64,000 bases of DNA from Syntrophales bacterium (GTDB lineage Bacteria; Desulfobacterota; Syntrophia; Syntrophales; PHBD01): contig OY764159.1 in assembly GCA_963668175.1 (NCBI GenBank), forward strand, positions 1,664,001-1,728,000, read 5' to 3'. Position numbers and translations under genes: made by a program. Shown piece after piece: positions 19,078-29,125 of this stretch (position 1 is the first letter of the stretch; every line of letters begins with the position of its first letter). Below the pieces are notes generated by a model that saw only the letters and a program-made list of their open reading frames with translations, was not told the DNA's origin and searched no databases.

Positions 19078-20454
19078 ATGTACCGCTATAAGCTACTCAT
19101 CGTCGACGACGACCGGTTGCTGCAGAATTCTCTGAACAATATCCTTTCGGAGAATTACGACGTCATGATCGCCGGCAGCGGTGAGGCCGCCCTGCAGATC
19201 CTGAAGAAACATACGGTGGATCTGATCCTGCTGGATATCAGGCTGCCCGGCATCGACGGGGTGGAGACGCTCCGCCAGATAAAAAACGGCGACAACAGTA
19301 CGGGTGTGATCATGATGACGGCTTACGAGGACATCAAGACCGTGATCACCTCGATGAAGAACGGCGCCGCGGACTATCTGGTGAAGCCCCTCGATATCGA
19401 GGAACTGGAGATCATCATCGAAAGGGCGCTGGAAAACATCCGCCTGAAGCGTGAACTGGAAGAACTCAGGAAACAGTACATCCAGGAATTCGACATCGAC
19501 CAGATCGTGGCTGAGAGCCAGGGCATCAAGAACGCCCTGAAACTGGCGAACACCATTGCCCAGAGCGACGATACGACCGCGCTGATCGAGGGCGAGACGG
19601 GAACGGGCAAGGAGGTCATAGCCCGGACGATCCACTGCAACAGCCGTCGCTTCGGGAAGCCCTTCGTTAGCATCAACTGCGGGGCGATCAGCAAGGAACT
19701 GATCGAAAGCGAACTCTTCGGCTACGAAAAAGGGACGTTCACGGGCGGCCTGCAGGAAGGTAAGAAGGGAAAGATCGAACTGGCCGAGAGCGGGACCCTT
19801 TTCCTCGACGAGATCAGCGAACTTCTCCCGTACTCGCAGGTCAACCTGCTCAGGTTCCTGGAAGAGAGGGAGTTCTACCGGGTCGGGGGGACGGAGAAGC
19901 GCAAGGTCGACGTGCGGATCATCGCCGCCACGAACAAGAGCCTGGAGGAAGGTATCGCGAAGGGCACCTTCCGGAAAGACCTCTATTACCGTCTGAACGT
20001 GGCCAAGATATTCCTGCCGCCGCTTCGGGACCGGAAGGCCGACGTCATCGCCCTCGTCCGCTTTTTCATGAACAAGTTCAACGAAAAGTTCGGCAAGAAT
20101 TTCCGCGGGGTATCCAAAGAGGCCCAGGCGCATCTCCTCAATTATCCCTGGGTGGGCAACGTCCGGGAGCTCCGTAATTGCGTCGAAAGGGTGATTCTCG
20201 TCGAGAACGACACGGAGATCCGGCCGGAACATCTCCTGTTCTTGAACCACCAGCTCGACACCCATCTGCCCGCCACTTTCGAGCCGGCATGGAGCCTTCC
20301 CCCTGCGGGGATCGACCTGGACGAACTTATCAAGAAACTGATCCTGCAGGCCCTGGAGCGGGCGCACGGCAACAAAGCCCAGGCCGCCAAACTCCTCGGC
20401 ATGTCCCGGCCGACTATGATCTACCGTATCGAAAAGTACGGCATCAAAATTTAG
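19078..20454 (+). CDS. Sigma54-dependent response regulator (NtrC family)
   Basis: REC domain, GETGTGKE, ELFGYEKGTFTGG, LFLDEI, WVGNVRELRN, Fis-type HTH. Confidence 0.95.
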   Translation: MYRYKLLIVDDDRLLQNSLNNILSENYDVMIAGSGEAALQILKKHTVDLILLDIRLPGIDGVETLRQIKNGDNSTGVIMMTAYEDIKTVITSMKNGAADYLVKPLDIEELEIIIERALENIRLKRELEELRKQYIQEFDIDQIVAESQGIKNALKLANTIAQSDDTTALIEGETGTGKEVIARTIHCNSRRFGKPFVSINCGAISKELIESELFGYEKGTFTGGLQEGKKGKIELAESGTLFLDEISELLPYSQVNLLRFLEEREFYRVGGTEKRKVDVRIIAATNKSLEEGIAKGTFRKDLYYRLNVAKIFLPPLRDRKADVIALVRFFMNKFNEKFGKNFRGVSKEAQAHLLNYPWVGNVRELRNCVERVILVENDTEIRPEHLLFLNHQLDTHLPATFEPAWSLPPAGIDLDELIKKLILQALERAHGNKAQAAKLLGMSRPTMIYRIEKYGIKI

Positions 20455-20661
20455 CAGGCCGCGCCCCCTGCATGGGGGCAGTTGAAAAACGCCCATCTGC
20501 AGCGTTGCGTTTCGCCCCGCGGGTGCTCACGTACCTTGTAGTACGCTCCGCTCCGCGATGCTCGCGCGCCTTGCATATGGACATTTTTGAACAGCCTGTT
20601 CAGAATCTCGTTTTAGCAGGCCGCGCCCCCTGCATGGGGGCAGTTGAAAAACGCCCATCTG
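20450..20661. repeat. Exact 50-bp direct repeat (20450-20499 and 20612-20661)
   Basis: TTTAGCAGGCCGCGCCCCCTGCATGGGGGCAGTTGAAAAACGCCCATCTG occurs twice. Confidence 0.95.
20452..20598. mobile_element. MITE-like non-coding element with imperfect terminal inverted repeats
   Basis: GCAGTTGAAAAACGCCCATCTGCA pairs with TGCATATGGACATTTTTGAACAGC (19/24). Internal GTAC...GTAC stem; outer CAGGC/GCCTG. Confidence 0.6.
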
Positions 20662-20675
20662 TCGCACTTCAATTC

Positions 20676-21929
20676 CTATCCCTGCCGACCGCGCACTTCC
20701 TTGACAAAAAGAAAGAAGACGACGGCCGCTCCGGCCATGGCCGCATCCAGCAGGAAGGCCCAATGGTAGCTTCCAAGCGTATCCCGGACGGCGCCGCCGG
20801 CCCAGTGGGAGAGGATGGCCCCCGCGCCGTACAGGGGCGTCCAGACACCGATGACGGTGCCGATCAGCGGCCGCGGAAAATAGTCGCCGGCGCAGGCGCC
20901 GTAGATAGGGAATGTTGCGCCGTAGACGATCGCCAGGGCGCCCACCAGACAGGGGAGTACAATCGTTCCCGTACCGGCGGCGACGATCAGAAAGAGGACG
21001 ATGGCGAGAAATACGTTTGCACAGAGGATAGTTCGCCTCCGGCCCAGGCGGTCCGAGAGGGGCAGAATCGTGAGGACTCCCAGAACCTGAAAGATGCCGT
21101 GAATCGTGGCGAGAAAGCTTGCCGCTCCGAGGGAGAGGCCGGCTTCGCTGCGGGCGTAATCGACCATGAAGGTCGTAAATCCGTAAAGGGCGAAGGCGAC
21201 CGAGAAGTAGGAGCCGCCTATCCACCAGAAGATCGGGTTCCGGAGAACGGCCGTAAATGGTCCGGCGGAGGCCGGACCGGATGAAGGCGGCGGGACTGCG
21301 GCACAGCCGTCCTTATCTCCCCAGGGGACCGTGCCCGAGGATTCGGGAGTGTTCCGAAGGACCGCGGCGTTGACGGCGACCAGGGCAAGGGCAGCTCCTC
21401 CCAGGGCGAGCCATGTCCAGCGCCAGTCGTAATGGGCCGCGACGAAGGGAAAGATGGCGCCGACGGCGGCAAAGCCCAGCCCGTATCCTGTGCCGAGAAT
21501 ACCGAGGGCGAGGCCGCGGCGACGCGGGGAAAACCACCGCTGGATCACGGCCAGGACCGGGGTCCAGATGCCTGCGGCCCCGGCTCCCGCGAGGGCATAC
21601 GCCAGGCACGCCTCACCGAGGCCCGACGCTTTCGACAGGAGCAGAACACCGGAGCCCAGGACGGCAAGACAGACGGGGATGACAAGCCGGACGCCGATGC
21701 GGTCGGCGAGGAATCCGGCGACGGGTGCGAGGCAGATATACGCGCCGAGATAGGCATTGTAGATCGTGCCGCCGGCGGTGCGGGAGAGGCCCATGTCGCG
21801 GATCATCTCCGGCAGGACAACGCCGTAGCCCAGGCGGACCGAGTAATTGATGAAGATGTCCAGAAAGCCGGCGCCCAGGATGATCCAGGCCCAGTGCAGG
21901 ACTCTTCCCTGAGTCGATCGGGATGGCAT
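20676..21929 (-). CDS. MFS transporter
   Basis: GFLADRIGVR, WFSPRRRGLALG, LSDRLGRR; about 12 TM. Start uncertain (21929 or 21974). Confidence 0.9.
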   Translation of the reverse strand: MPSRSTQGRVLHWAWIILGAGFLDIFINYSVRLGYGVVLPEMIRDMGLSRTAGGTIYNAYLGAYICLAPVAGFLADRIGVRLVIPVCLAVLGSGVLLLSKASGLGEACLAYALAGAGAAGIWTPVLAVIQRWFSPRRRGLALGILGTGYGLGFAAVGAIFPFVAAHYDWRWTWLALGGAALALVAVNAAVLRNTPESSGTVPWGDKDGCAAVPPPSSGPASAGPFTAVLRNPIFWWIGGSYFSVAFALYGFTTFMVDYARSEAGLSLGAASFLATIHGIFQVLGVLTILPLSDRLGRRRTILCANVFLAIVLFLIVAAGTGTIVLPCLVGALAIVYGATFPIYGACAGDYFPRPLIGTVIGVWTPLYGAGAILSHWAGGAVRDTLGSYHWAFLLDAAMAGAAVVFFLFVKEVRGRQG

Positions 21930-22070
21930 GCGTTTTTGGAATGAGAGTATATGAGGTGCCGGCCGGGTTGTCAATGGGCGATATGCCGGTCGCCGTTCCT
22001 CGGCAGGAGGGGAGAGGCCTCCGGCCGAAAGGCGGCCGAAGGCGATATTTCCCCGCCCCCCGATTCGTTC

Positions 22071-22490
22071 TTACTGTTTTTTGGCCTTGTTCGGCAGCTT
22101 CATGTCGAACCTGGCGTGGCAGTCGAGACAGTAAACCTTGGACGGCGAATGCTCGTGATGGCAGACCGTGCAGGCGATGTCCCCCAGGTGGGATTTGTGG
22201 GGGTTGCGGTCGGGAAAATCCTTCGGCGTGGAATTTTTAACGAGCTTTTCCATGGGACCGTGGCAGGCGAGGCAGCGCTGGTTCTCCACTTCCGCGTCGG
22301 CCGCGGGAACGGACTTCCCGTGGCAGTTGGCGCAGGCGATGCCGCCTTGCATATGGGGCCCCGCGGCAACCTGGGGCGCTTTGGCAGTCTTCGGCTCTTT
22401 TTTCGCCGCCATAGCGGTGAGATGGCCCGCGGCCAGGCAGATTGCGACCGCCCAAAGGGCGATCCATACGGGTGCGAATTTTCGTTTCAT
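22071..22490 (-). CDS. Small periplasmic tetraheme cytochrome c (flavocytochrome c heme subunit)
   Basis: Signal peptide and four CxxCH motifs (CANCH, CLACH, CTVCH, CLDCH); NPHKSH. Confidence 0.9.
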   Translation of the reverse strand: MKRKFAPVWIALWAVAICLAAGHLTAMAAKKEPKTAKAPQVAAGPHMQGGIACANCHGKSVPAADAEVENQRCLACHGPMEKLVKNSTPKDFPDRNPHKSHLGDIACTVCHHEHSPSKVYCLDCHARFDMKLPNKAKKQ

Positions 22491-22680
22491 CGTTATCTCC
22501 CTTGTGTAAAGAAAAGGCCCGTGAATCCGGCCCATTCACGGACCCTGTATAAAACCGGACGACAGGGACGACGCCGGCGTCGGCCGGGGGTCAATTGAAG
22601 CCCGGACCGGCGCCGACGGTCCCATTCCTGTGGAGACTCCTCCCGCGGACCGCCTCCGGCCCGCAGAAGGAGCATTTCCT

Positions 22681-24291
22681 CTATTTCCAGATTTTCTCCG
22701 TGGCGGCGAACTTTCCCGCCTGGCGTCCGAAGACGATCAGGTCGCAGATGGCCGTCCCGCTGCCGGGATACCTGCCGCCGAAAACGCCGATGGCATCGCG
22801 GCCCGCCGCATAGAGGCGCGGAATGACCTCGTCGAAGGCGTTGAGCACCTGGGCCTTGGTGTTGATGTTGAGCCCGCCGTCGTGGGCGATCATGCCCACG
22901 CGGACGGTGAAGCCGTAGTAGGGAGGCGTCCTCAGGGGGGCCAGGGCTTTCTTCCTGCCGAACTGGCTGTCCTTTCCCGCTTCGGCGTCCTTGTTGTAGT
23001 AGGCGATGGTCTTCTCCACGGCCGCCGTATCGAGACCCATTTTTGTCGCCAATTCGGCGATAGTGTCGGCCTTCCAGAGGTCGCCCGCCGCGGCCTGCTT
23101 GTCGATGTTGTTGGGATTGAGACCGATGGCGATGGTCATTTCGGGTGTGATCCCCCGGGCTTTCCCCGTTTCGGCGATCTCCAGGGCCTTCTTGACGCTG
23201 GTGGAATCCAGGATGCAGTAGGCCGTCGTCGCCTTGTTGGTGATCATCGCCTCGCAGACGAGGACGTAGTAAGTGCCTTCGTCGACGAAGCGCGTGCCGT
23301 CCTTCTTGACATAGATGTTGGGAATTCCCCAAATGTTTGCATAGACGATACTCGCCATCCGCTGGCCGGGGAACATGGTCGAGGGCAGCGGGCAGATCGT
23401 GTTCAGGCCCTTCATGGCGCCGCCGCAGTAGATGCCGATTTTGTAACCGTCTCCCGTGGCGTTGATGTCGCCGGTGGGGATGGTGTCGGCGAGATCGGGC
23501 GAATAGTCCCGAAGCCAGGGAATGCACCCGGGGCTGGACACGATGCCGCCGGTGGCGAGCACGACGGCCTTGCGGGCCCGGACGTTGATTTCCTTGCCGC
23601 GCCTCACAACCTTGACGCCGACGACCTCGTAGCCGCCGTCCGCCTTCGACGGCCGGACGATGGGGCGCGTCACCTGGGCGCCGAGGACGGTCTTGATGTT
23701 CTTCTCGGCCTTCACGGTATTCATCATGACGTTGAACAGATCGCGGCCGCCTCCCTTCACGCGGTGCCCCCGTTTCATGGGCGGGGTGATCGCCGTGTAT
23801 TCCGGCAGAAACTCCATGCCGCTCATGGCGAGGAGTCCTACGGGAAATTCGGCCCCCATGCTCCTGATCCATTCGATGTTCTCGTTCGACATCTCCGCCG
23901 CGAGCTTCACAAGCTCCGGTTTCGCCCCGCCCTTCCCGCAGGCCATGATATATTTGTACATGGCCTCGGGGGAGTCTGAAAGCCCCGCTTCCTTCTGTGT
24001 GCTCGTTCCCGAAGCGTAGATGATGCCGCCCGATATCTTCGTCGAGCCGCCCGGCACCTCCGATTTATCGAAGATGAGGACCGACGACCCTGCCCGCGCC
24101 GCTTCGATGGCGGCGCAGGCCCCGGCGCCCCCGTATCCGGCGACGACGACGTCGGCCTCCATGTCCCATTTCTTCGGTATCGGCGCTGCGTGCGAATCCT
24201 TCATGCCCATTCCTGCCATGGCCAGGGCACCCGTGCCGATGGCCGCTCCTTTCATGAATCCCCTGCGGGACAACTTTCCTTCTTCCGGCAT
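22681..24291 (-). CDS. Tat-exported FAD-dependent oxidoreductase (flavocytochrome c flavin subunit family)
   Basis: SRRGFMK Tat motif, DVVVAGYGGAG, GGSTKISGG, VVLATGG, IPRLYAAG. Confidence 0.9.
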   Translation of the reverse strand: MPEEGKLSRRGFMKGAAIGTGALAMAGMGMKDSHAAPIPKKWDMEADVVVAGYGGAGACAAIEAARAGSSVLIFDKSEVPGGSTKISGGIIYASGTSTQKEAGLSDSPEAMYKYIMACGKGGAKPELVKLAAEMSNENIEWIRSMGAEFPVGLLAMSGMEFLPEYTAITPPMKRGHRVKGGGRDLFNVMMNTVKAEKNIKTVLGAQVTRPIVRPSKADGGYEVVGVKVVRRGKEINVRARKAVVLATGGIVSSPGCIPWLRDYSPDLADTIPTGDINATGDGYKIGIYCGGAMKGLNTICPLPSTMFPGQRMASIVYANIWGIPNIYVKKDGTRFVDEGTYYVLVCEAMITNKATTAYCILDSTSVKKALEIAETGKARGITPEMTIAIGLNPNNIDKQAAAGDLWKADTIAELATKMGLDTAAVEKTIAYYNKDAEAGKDSQFGRKKALAPLRTPPYYGFTVRVGMIAHDGGLNINTKAQVLNAFDEVIPRLYAAGRDAIGVFGGRYPGSGTAICDLIVFGRQAGKFAATEKIWK

Positions 24292-24469
24292 TGCCAATCT
24301 CTCCTTCCTCTCTTTTCTCTTACGTCATAAGTCGGCGGCAATATACCAGCGACATAAGGCCGCCGCGGCCTGACACGGTCGCCTGGGCGACGGTTCAGCT
24401 TTGGGTTTTGTACGGTTAAAAGGCGGGAAAGACAATGACAAGAAATCTTACGTTGATCTTAAAAAATAT

Positions 24470-25759
24470 TTAAGATTCGCCGTAGGACGCAAGGAAAGAC
24501 CGGAGGTTCTGCGTTTTGCTGAGGCCGATCTTCTTCCGGATGTGGTGGCGGTAGACGTTGACGGCGTTTTCCGAGACGTTCACGATTTCGGAAATCTCCT
24601 TCGTTGTTTTGCCCTCCCGGATGAGGCTTGCAACCTGAATCTCCTTATTGGTCAGGTCCAGGTGGTTCACGGTGAGCTTGTGGGCGAAGGGCGAGATGAT
24701 GTCCCGCAGGTTGGATTCGACGACCTTGAGATAGGAGCGGCCCCTTTCGCCCGTCTGGTTCTGCAATTTCTCCAGGTAGGGAAGGACGAGCTGCTTGATG
24801 TTTGCGAGGATCTTGTCCTCCATCTCGCCGCGATCGCCGTCGCGCTGCTTCAGGAGGACCCTGAGGGCCGTGTTCAGATCCTGCAATTCCCCCGCCTTGA
24901 TCTCCAGTTCTTTTTCCTTCCGCCTCAATTCGGTGATGTCCCGGATCGATTCGAGAGCCCCGACGACGTTGCCGTCGCTGTCGTAGAGAGGGCTGGCCTT
25001 GCACCATAGGCAGACCTTCTTCCCTTTCAGGCGGCCGACCCATTCCATGCGCAGGAGGGTTTTGTGTTCCCGGACGACGGAAAATTCCCTTTCGCCCCTG
25101 GCGTCGGGGGCAAGCACGAAGTCGATCAGGATCGGCCGGCGGTTTCCGCAGAAGGGCACGACGTAACTGTAATTCCCCTGTCCCATCATCTCACTCGCCG
25201 GAACACCCGTCATTTCCTCGATCGCCCGGTTCCAGGCGATGACCTTCCCGTCGAGGTCGATCGCCAGTGTGGCGTCCGGGAGGAAGTCGATGACGTCCAT
25301 CCAGCGATGTTCCGATTCCCGGAGGGCCACCTCCGCCTGCTTGCCGGCGGTTACATCGCGGCAGCCGACGACCAGGCCGCCGTTTCCGCCGTTTTCCCGG
25401 ACGGTTTTTCCCGAACAATAGAGCCAGACATAGCGGCCGTCGGCGTGGCGGAAGCGGAAGGATTCGCCCTGCTGTCCGGTCTTGAGGGCCTCCGCGAAGG
25501 ACGCCTTCATCCGTTTGCGGTCCTTTGGGTGCACGTGGTCGGTGACTTCGCGGCCGACGATATGGTCGGCATCGTAGCCGAGAATGCCTTTGATGGAGGG
25601 GGTCACGTACTGGAAAATGCCGTCCCTGTCGAGGAGGGCAACGATATCGACCATGTTGTCGAAGATGACCTTTTGCAGGGCTGCCGCCGTCGCGCCTCGA
25701 TCGGCGGTTCTGCGGCACGGGGATTGAGACGGAGTTTTTTTCTGAATTTGCTTTTTCAT
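24470..25759 (-). CDS. PAS-domain LuxR-family transcriptional regulator
   Basis: Two PAS/PAC segments, NTALRVLL coiled coil, LTNKEIQVASLIREGKTTKEI HTH. Confidence 0.9.
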   Translation of the reverse strand: MKKQIQKKTPSQSPCRRTADRGATAAALQKVIFDNMVDIVALLDRDGIFQYVTPSIKGILGYDADHIVGREVTDHVHPKDRKRMKASFAEALKTGQQGESFRFRHADGRYVWLYCSGKTVRENGGNGGLVVGCRDVTAGKQAEVALRESEHRWMDVIDFLPDATLAIDLDGKVIAWNRAIEEMTGVPASEMMGQGNYSYVVPFCGNRRPILIDFVLAPDARGEREFSVVREHKTLLRMEWVGRLKGKKVCLWCKASPLYDSDGNVVGALESIRDITELRRKEKELEIKAGELQDLNTALRVLLKQRDGDRGEMEDKILANIKQLVLPYLEKLQNQTGERGRSYLKVVESNLRDIISPFAHKLTVNHLDLTNKEIQVASLIREGKTTKEISEIVNVSENAVNVYRHHIRKKIGLSKTQNLRSFLASYGES

Positions 25760-25915
25760 GACGGCTGCATGCGGCAAAGGGGCTCTGCCCGTTTGTTATT
25801 TCAGAGGGTGGAGTATAGAAAAGCCGCCGCGCCGTGTCAACGGAATTATGGCTGCTCTGTCGGAAGGTCGCGCGGAGTGGCTGTTACGCCGGGCCGGCTG
25901 CAGCAGTTCGTGCGG

Positions 25916-26545
25916 TTAACGGACGGTGATCTCCACACGGCGGTTTCGCGGTTCGGAGACGCCGTCGGCCGTCGGGACCAGGGGGTTTCCCTTTCCATGG
26001 TAGGTGATTTCGATGCTGTCGCGGGGGATGCCCTTCGAGAGCAGGACGTTCGCCACGGACTTCGCGCGGCGCAGGGAAAGCATCCGGTTGTAGTCGTCCG
26101 AGCCCACGCTGTCCGTATGGCCGCTGACGATGATGTCCGTCGATTTCCGGACCCTGACGGCTTCCAGGACATCCGGCAGCAGGCGGAGGGATTCGGGCGT
26201 CAGGTCGGCGCTTCCCGACTTGAACTGCATGACGAAGGTCGCCGGGGCCATGGGCTCAGCTTCCAGGGCCTGCCGGACGGCCGTCCGGGCCTGCTGTTCG
26301 CCGATCACTTTAGGCTTCCCCTGGGCTCCGGTCAGCGCGGAGGTTTCCGTCGATTGCCAGGCCTGATCCAGCGTTTGCGATCCTTTTTTGTCGGTGACTT
26401 CGAGGCTGCCGACCTTGCCGTCGGGATTGGGGAGGAGGATGACTTGCGTCGTCGGACCGCAGGCGGCTACGATGAGGGAAGCGAGAATGGAAAAGGTTAC
26501 GGCCTTCAGCGGCTTCAGGCATGATCGCGTAGTCCCCGCGGCCAT
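25916..26545 (-). CDS. OmpA-family lipoprotein
   Basis: IVAAC lipobox-like, GHTDSVG, YNRMLSLRRA, NRRVEI. Confidence 0.9.
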   Translation of the reverse strand: MAAGTTRSCLKPLKAVTFSILASLIVAACGPTTQVILLPNPDGKVGSLEVTDKKGSQTLDQAWQSTETSALTGAQGKPKVIGEQQARTAVRQALEAEPMAPATFVMQFKSGSADLTPESLRLLPDVLEAVRVRKSTDIIVSGHTDSVGSDDYNRMLSLRRAKSVANVLLSKGIPRDSIEITYHGKGNPLVPTADGVSEPRNRRVEITVR

Positions 26546-26546
26546 G

Positions 26547-27083
26547 TTATTCCCCGGCTTTCTTGCCCCGGACCTTGTCCCACAGACCCTTGAGCGTCGA
26601 TTTGTCTTCGCCCTTCGCCGGAGCGGCGTCGTCCTCGTCGGGGGCGTCGACCTTGATGGCGAAGTGCGTTCCCCTGATGCCGCAGACGGCCGTGGGCGTC
26701 TCGAAGCTGACCCCTTTTCGGTTGAGCTTGGCGATGAGTCCGGTGAGATAGGCGATCGTTCCGCGCCGGATTTTCGCCACGAAGGAGAGCTTTTCTTCCG
26801 CCGGATCGAAGGCAAACTGCGACAGGACCACCCGCGAATTGGGTCCCAGGGACAGGACGCTGTTGTCCTGGAGGATGATCCCCATCGATCCGTCGGCCCT
26901 GGTGATCAGGGTGTCGCTGACTTGCAGTTTTTCGTTTGCCCTGGCGGGGATCATCTGCGCCTGGCGTTTTATGAAGGCCTGGCCGGAAACGTTTTTGATA
27001 AAACCGACCTTGGCCTCCACCGCCGCGGCAGGACCCGTATACAGGATCGCCGCCAGGCAAACCAGTATGGTCAAATTTTTCAC
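26547..27083 (-). CDS. Secreted FecR-domain protein
   Basis: Signal peptide, D-x-L-x-T...DNSVLSLGPNS, TPTAVCGIRGTHF. Confidence 0.85.
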   Translation of the reverse strand: MKNLTILVCLAAILYTGPAAAVEAKVGFIKNVSGQAFIKRQAQMIPARANEKLQVSDTLITRADGSMGIILQDNSVLSLGPNSRVVLSQFAFDPAEEKLSFVAKIRRGTIAYLTGLIAKLNRKGVSFETPTAVCGIRGTHFAIKVDAPDEDDAAPAKGEDKSTLKGLWDKVRGKKAGE

Positions 27084-27156
27084 GGATTCACCTTTGGAAT
27101 GGACGAAGTGTAATATATTCGCAGATAAATGCAATATCTTTTTGTCGTCAGGTCGT

Positions 27157-28611
27157 CTACAGCCAGGGGAACCTGACCATCAGGCGGTAGATGCGATCGA
27201 AGGTCCCGCCGTAGGGCGGCGCCAGAAGGGCGCTCGCGGGGAAGGGCGCCTGTTTGAAGACCGGGCGGAGCTTCGAACATTCCAGGAAGCCCTCGTAGCC
27301 GTGGTAATGGCCCATGCCGCTGTTGCCGACGCCTCCGAAGGGGAGGTCGTGCTGGGCCACTTGCATCGCGCAGTCGTTGATGCAGACGCCGCCCGACATG
27401 GTCCGGGCGATGACGCTCTCCTGGACGGTGTGGTTGCCGGTGAAGAGGTAGAGGGCCAGGGGCCTGGGGCGGCTGTTGACATAGGCGACTGCTTCGTCAA
27501 TGTTCCGGTAGGTCTTGATCGGCAGGACCGGACCGAATATTTCCTCCTGCATCAGCGTCATGGCGTCATCGACATGGAGAGCCAGCATGGGCGGTATTTT
27601 CCGCGATGCCACATCGGGGACGGCGCCGGGAAGGAGATCGACGATCTCGGCCCCCTTGGCGCGGGCGTCGTCGATGGCCGCCGTAAGCCGCGCAAAGGAT
27701 TTGGCGTCGATGATGGACGTGTAGTCGGCCGTATCGAGCCGCGGATATCGCCTGGGAACCAGGTTACGGGCCCTGGCGACGAAGGCCTCTGCTTTGTCTT
27801 CGGGGAGAAAGATATAGTCGGGGGCGACGCAGGTTTGTCCTGCGTTCATGTATTTCACGTAGAGGATACGTTCCGCCGCCTTGCCGATGTCGAAGTCGGC
27901 CGCGACGATCGCCGGCGACTTGCCGCCCAACTCCAGGGTGACCGGCGTCAGATGCTCCGCGGCGGTCTTCATGACGGTCTTCCCCGAACCGGGCGACCCG
28001 GTGAAAATCAGGTGGTCGAAGGGCAGCGCGGTGAATTCCCCGGCGGCGATACCCGGCAGGAAGGCCACGAGATCTTCGGGGATGACTTGGGAGACCAGGC
28101 GCTGCAGGAGGCGGCAGAGTCCCTGGGAGTTGGCCGCCATCTTGATCATGCACCGGTTCCCCGCCGCAAGGGCGGATGTCAGCGGGCAGACAGCGAGCTG
28201 CAGGGGATAATTCCACGGTGAGACGATGCCCACCACGCCTTTCGGCTGGGGGATGACGCGGTTTCCCGCTCCCATGAACCAGAGCGACACATGCCGGTGC
28301 TGCGGCCTTGCCCATGCCGCCAGGCGGCGGCGCGCGTCGGCGAGTCCCGACAGGACGGGAAAGATTTCCAGGAGTCTCGTTTCGTGAAGGCTGCGGTTGC
28401 CGAAGTCGCGGCAAACGGCATCGGCGATCTCCGCCTCGTTCTCGGCGATGGCCGTCTCCAAGGCGAGAAGTGTCCGGCGCCTTGCGTCCAGGGAGAGATA
28501 AGGATTGTCCAGGTACGACGCCCGTTGTTTCGTGAAAACGTCTTGCGCCTGATTTCGCCCCTCATTCATAGCCGGGGACCGATCCAAAGGAACCGTTACC
28601 GTCTCGTCCAT
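27157..28611 (-). CDS. Aldehyde dehydrogenase (coniferyl aldehyde dehydrogenase-like)
   Basis: PKGVVGIVSPWNYP, FTGS, LELGGKSP, NAGQTCVAPDY, EEIFGP, PFGGVGNSGMGHYHG. Confidence 0.9.
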   Translation of the reverse strand: MDETVTVPLDRSPAMNEGRNQAQDVFTKQRASYLDNPYLSLDARRRTLLALETAIAENEAEIADAVCRDFGNRSLHETRLLEIFPVLSGLADARRRLAAWARPQHRHVSLWFMGAGNRVIPQPKGVVGIVSPWNYPLQLAVCPLTSALAAGNRCMIKMAANSQGLCRLLQRLVSQVIPEDLVAFLPGIAAGEFTALPFDHLIFTGSPGSGKTVMKTAAEHLTPVTLELGGKSPAIVAADFDIGKAAERILYVKYMNAGQTCVAPDYIFLPEDKAEAFVARARNLVPRRYPRLDTADYTSIIDAKSFARLTAAIDDARAKGAEIVDLLPGAVPDVASRKIPPMLALHVDDAMTLMQEEIFGPVLPIKTYRNIDEAVAYVNSRPRPLALYLFTGNHTVQESVIARTMSGGVCINDCAMQVAQHDLPFGGVGNSGMGHYHGYEGFLECSKLRPVFKQAPFPASALLAPPYGGTFDRIYRLMVRFPWL

Positions 28612-29125
28612 CCTGGCACCTCCCGCTGTCTTTCGCTGGGGGCACGCGTTCCGTCTTGAACCGTTCGCGCCGTGTGCCGGCCCGGAAACCGATTCCCTCC
28701 GGGGCACCGCTTTCCGTGACCGCTCCCCCCCTGCACGGTACGGCGTCCTTCCCTGTTCCTTGAGTCTTGCGATGTTACCAGTATAAGAAGGCCGTTTGAA
28801 TATGTCAAATAAAACATAATATGTCAGGAACGAACGGACGAACGGATCGCCTGTGTCGAACGCCACGGCCGGCGAAACAGGAAAAAGCTATAATTATTGA
28901 ATATATACAATATAAGACCGGAAAGGCGCGTCCGGCTTTGTGTTGCGGGAATGAACGTTCGCTCATGTAGGAACTACAGAGCTTATAGCGATTGATCTTT
29001 TATAAAATATTCAATATAATGCCGGAAAGTGGTTTCCCGCTTGAAAACGTGCCGGTAAGGCCCGGAAGAAAGCCTTGTGCGGTTTCGGCGGGAATCCTAC
29101 GCGAAATAGATCAAGGAGGTTTTGG

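Noticed and set aside
20450..20661. Two 50-bp repeats as a minimal CRISPR array
   Set aside because: Only two copies, a 112-bp spacer with internal symmetry, and no cas genes; a MITE-like origin fits better.
20178..21284. 368-aa ORF containing a repeated peptide (LAGRAPCMGAVEKRPS)
   Set aside because: The repeat is just the translated 50-bp DNA duplication; the ORF overlaps two real genes.
22681..24291. Fumarate reductase (frdA/fccA) assignment
   Set aside because: The catalytic His/Arg motifs are not recognisable.
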